From Coniocarpon cinnabarinum (Eukaryota), in the NCBI GenBank assembly GCA_051942205.1, contig JAVECO010000007.1:124001-188000 (forward strand): DNA of 64,000 nucleotides, written 5' to 3'. A model generated the notes under the pieces. It was not told the DNA's origin. It made no database searches and worked only from the letters and a program-made list of their open reading frames with translations. A program made the translations under genes and the position numbers. Below, one piece after another: positions 60,874 to 64,000 of this stretch (its first letter is position 1; every line of letters starts with the position of its first letter).

Positions 60874-63802
60874 AGGATATAAGGGCTGTACATTCAATGA
60901 TGGGATGAAGGAGTTTATTGGGTTTGAAAGGTCCTGATCTGGAATTCGGAAACGGTTCACTACGTGTTGGAGAAAGGCACGTGTGGTGTACTCTAGCATT
61001 GCTTGCGGAAGTCGCGATCTACATCCAGCCCAAAGCACCTCTCTCTAAGCCGCTTTTCAGCATCTTTATGAACTCTTTTAACAACTAAAATCTATTGCAC
61101 AAACGTTGGCGAGCGGCAGCACTTGACCGACAATGCGCAAAAGACGGCGAAGGCTGTACAATGACATTCTCGTCACCGCTCTGTCTCTCGGAGACCTGCT
61201 TCATCCTTGCCTGACTTTGAGACAGTGGGCTATACGCGGTAAAGTAATTTCAACTGGGTTGGCATAGTACAGAAGCCTTGCTCATGAGGCAGTATAGCTT
61301 GCACATTTGCCGGTGGCTTCAGTCGCAGTTGCGTTCTGCTTCACCTACAACGCTGCAATCTCCTCGAGCCTTCAAATTATGGAGATGGACCACGGCCACC
61401 ATGCGGCCTGCGCAGTCCATTCCCAACCGTGCGGCATCGACCTTAATGTCTTGAATCGCAAGCTGTCCATTGTGGGCGCAGGCGCGATCGCTGGCTCAAC
61501 CTTCGCGCAAGCTTCGACGGACTCAGATATTCATTCCCGCAATACCCACGTCTATAACAGAAAAGAGGCCAAGCGGTGTTCAGTGCAGCCATGCGCTGCG
61601 TGGACAAAGCCGCCCGCCTTACCCGGACCCATCGATCCTTGCGGTTGATCGCAGTCAGCACGTTCCTGGGGCGAGTCAGGGGTTTATAACAAGACAAGCC
61701 GCCGGCAGCCAGACGGTCAAGCAGATACAGGACGGGACCAGCATGACCCAACAGGGCTGGCCCTACGATCGTGAAACGGCGACTTCGATAGCGCTCTATT
61801 TTGAGTTCCACTCCACCCCACCCCGCAGCTTCACCTCACGTCTTACATCAGATGCTTACTCAGAGCACGGATGGTTTCCGTTCAGGGGCAGCATGAATGA
61901 TCGAGAGACGTTTGCGTACGTTCCGTAATCGAAACGAAATTCTCTTTGGAGCCGCCTGTCGATGTCATGTCAAAGCCCTATTCGATTTACGGACGATGTG
62001 AAGACGTCGCTTATACATGCAACCTAGCGATTTGCTTCTGATTTCACGTGACGAATGGATCTCAATGCTGTTCAAGATCACGTGGTGACAATTCGCCTTC
62101 CGGTCACCACGTGACACATAAAGATATCGAACAGTACTGACATCGCGCTGCCTTGCCTCTTGACAGACACCCATCGCCCGATATACGCCTCTGAAAGCAG
62201 GCAACAGGCTTCGGATTGCTTCGGATCTGACTCAAGGCGGACGAGCACAAGTGCCTCGCCAGCACATCGCTTAGCAAATTTGCCACCACCTCAATGCGGA
62301 TTGATACATGTAACCCGCATACACTCACGCTTGGCGCATTCGAAGCCTCTGGTAGCTATGGCTGAGGAATCAACCTGTCAGGCTGAGACGCCTGGCCATG
62401 CCAATGTACTCGGCTATCTCGGAAATGGTCGAGTCCAATGTTACCACGCCATTGCTTCACTTCGTTTGAGTTACTCACGCTTGTCACGTGGAAGAGTATT
62501 CAGTCTTCTGGCTGAAGGACACGCTACCTTTCAAAGTGAGTACCATGGTCAAGCCACATACACGCACAGCCACGTCCCAAACGAGACTTAAGCTGTATTA
62601 CATGCATACTCTAGCTTCTCAACGTTTGCCTTGTAGCTGCGTCAGACGTCAGCACTACTATACACGATCGAAATAGTCATAATGATCCTTGCTTTGCCTA
62701 TGGAGCGCCGAGTCGCACGCCCGATGGGTGCGTATGTTGGTCAGCCATGGATAAGGGCATCGACATGGCTCAGGTGCGGCGACTCCAAGTGCATACGGCG
62801 CTCTTTGTGCGAGTGCGAACTACTTGACTTGACCGCTACTCGCCATCGAGGCCCTAGCCGGACGAATCCGCGCAACAGGCGCGCTATACAGCTGACGGCT
62901 CGTTATGCGACCTGGCTGCCGCGCAACTCCGACAGGTAGAAGGTTTTTGAGCCTGATCGAAGCCCCTGGCCGTCGCCAATCGGAGAGACCGAGATCGCAA
63001 GTCGTTGTGTGTGCACAACACATGTGACCTCCAGTAGGAATACTTCGATATCAGATTGAAGCGTCATTGACACCTTCGCTTGACTGGTCGCCCAGGAGAC
63101 TGCGCCCCCTGCTTTCAACAAACACTCGATTCACTTGATGGTCTGCTGACGCGTTTGCCCTGAGTGGAGTGACGCAAGTCAATGTCAAGTTTTCACAACC
63201 TCGAACTGCTGGAGGTCGCGACTGTAAGGAAACAAGCGGTTGTTGATACCGAACACTGTGTGCATTCTGTGATATCAAGTGTGCTGGCACATGTAGACAA
63301 GCACTCGCCTACATTGCCTATCTTGTATATGCTGTGTCGATTATCTAGGCTGGTATTTGACAACCTCTGGTGCTGAGGTGCGTGGTGAGCTACCACCTGT
63401 GGTGCAACTCTGCTGCTGTGTGTCTTTTCGTCTTTCGCGGCGAGAAATGAAACAGTGGCCAACCCTGCTCTAAGGCCTAAGTCTACTCACTGCGCTTTTT
63501 AAAGCCTTCGTCTGCCGTCGTGGTTGCTGTTCCATTTCTACCATTGGATGCGTCTTGCTAGGCACACCAGCGAGGCGCTCAGCGTCGAAAAGAGTCAAGA
63601 TCGATGTGCTACGTTGCTTTAAAGATCTCTTCAGACGATAACATTCACTAACGTTTCCACGACGAGTGGATCTTTACTTCTGTCATTCCTGTATCATGAT
63701 TAAGCACTTATATGTCCTGCGGCGCATCAAGTCAAACTCTAGTACCATCTGACAACGACTTTTGCTTGCCATGCCATGCTGTCCTCGTACAATGCCAGAA
63801 AC

Positions 63803-64000
63803 CTACAACCCAAGCGTCTCTCCCGCCCGTTCACCAGTGTTCCCACTACTCTCCCGACCATCCCTTTTCTCCTCATCATCACCAGCCTCGTCTTCGTCCT
63901 CGTCTTCCGATGCAAACACAAGCTCAGGCAACGACATATTCTCATCACTATCGCTGTCCCCCTCTCCGTCCCCTTTTCCTTCCCGTTCAATGCCAGTGTT
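63803..64000 (-). CDS. Acidic C-terminal end of a gene entering from beyond the window
   Basis: Open frame from 64000 to TAG 63803: ...GDSDSDENMSLPELVFASEDEDEDEAGDDEEK...LGL*. Confidence 0.55.
   Translation of the reverse strand, partial: NTGIEREGKGDGEGDSDSDENMSLPELVFASEDEDEDEAGDDEEKRDGRESSGNTGERAGETLGL

Overview
Intron-containing eukaryotic DNA from a filamentous ascomycete (GT..AG introns with CTRAC-type branch sites, a Pezizomycotina-type gene set; finer taxonomy cannot be fixed from sequence alone). Conserved genes occupy about 1-14 kb (NHX1-type exchanger, Sut1-type sugar transporter, Wor1/Ryp1/Sge1-type WOPR regulator, Pth11-like membrane protein) and 35.7-61 kb (GPI8, CCDC124/Lso2, aquaglyceroporin, THI4, TDA3-like FAD oxidoreductase, tocopherol-cyclase-like protein, Zn-dehydrogenase, actin, CAX4, PAC3, FES1, VPS25, RTT107, a double-Myb-like protein). 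Between them is a gene-poor block (14.3-35.5 kb) with minisatellites, decayed ORF chains, an orphan micro-gene and its frameshifted paralogue, a very divergent YPP1/Rhf1-like gene and an SDR. The best signals are: (1) a TPP riboswitch in the THI4 leader whose switching elements can be read from the sequence (three collinear anti-aptamer blocks over the proximal 5' splice site, plus a 12/13-bp anti-P1/P2 element on the branch point of an upstream 44-nt mini-intron); (2) a fungal tocopherol-cyclase-like gene; (3) four DxGGLL motifs in the Pth11-like tail; (4) the orphan gene/pseudogene pair. All family assignments come from recognising motifs by eye; no database searches were run.
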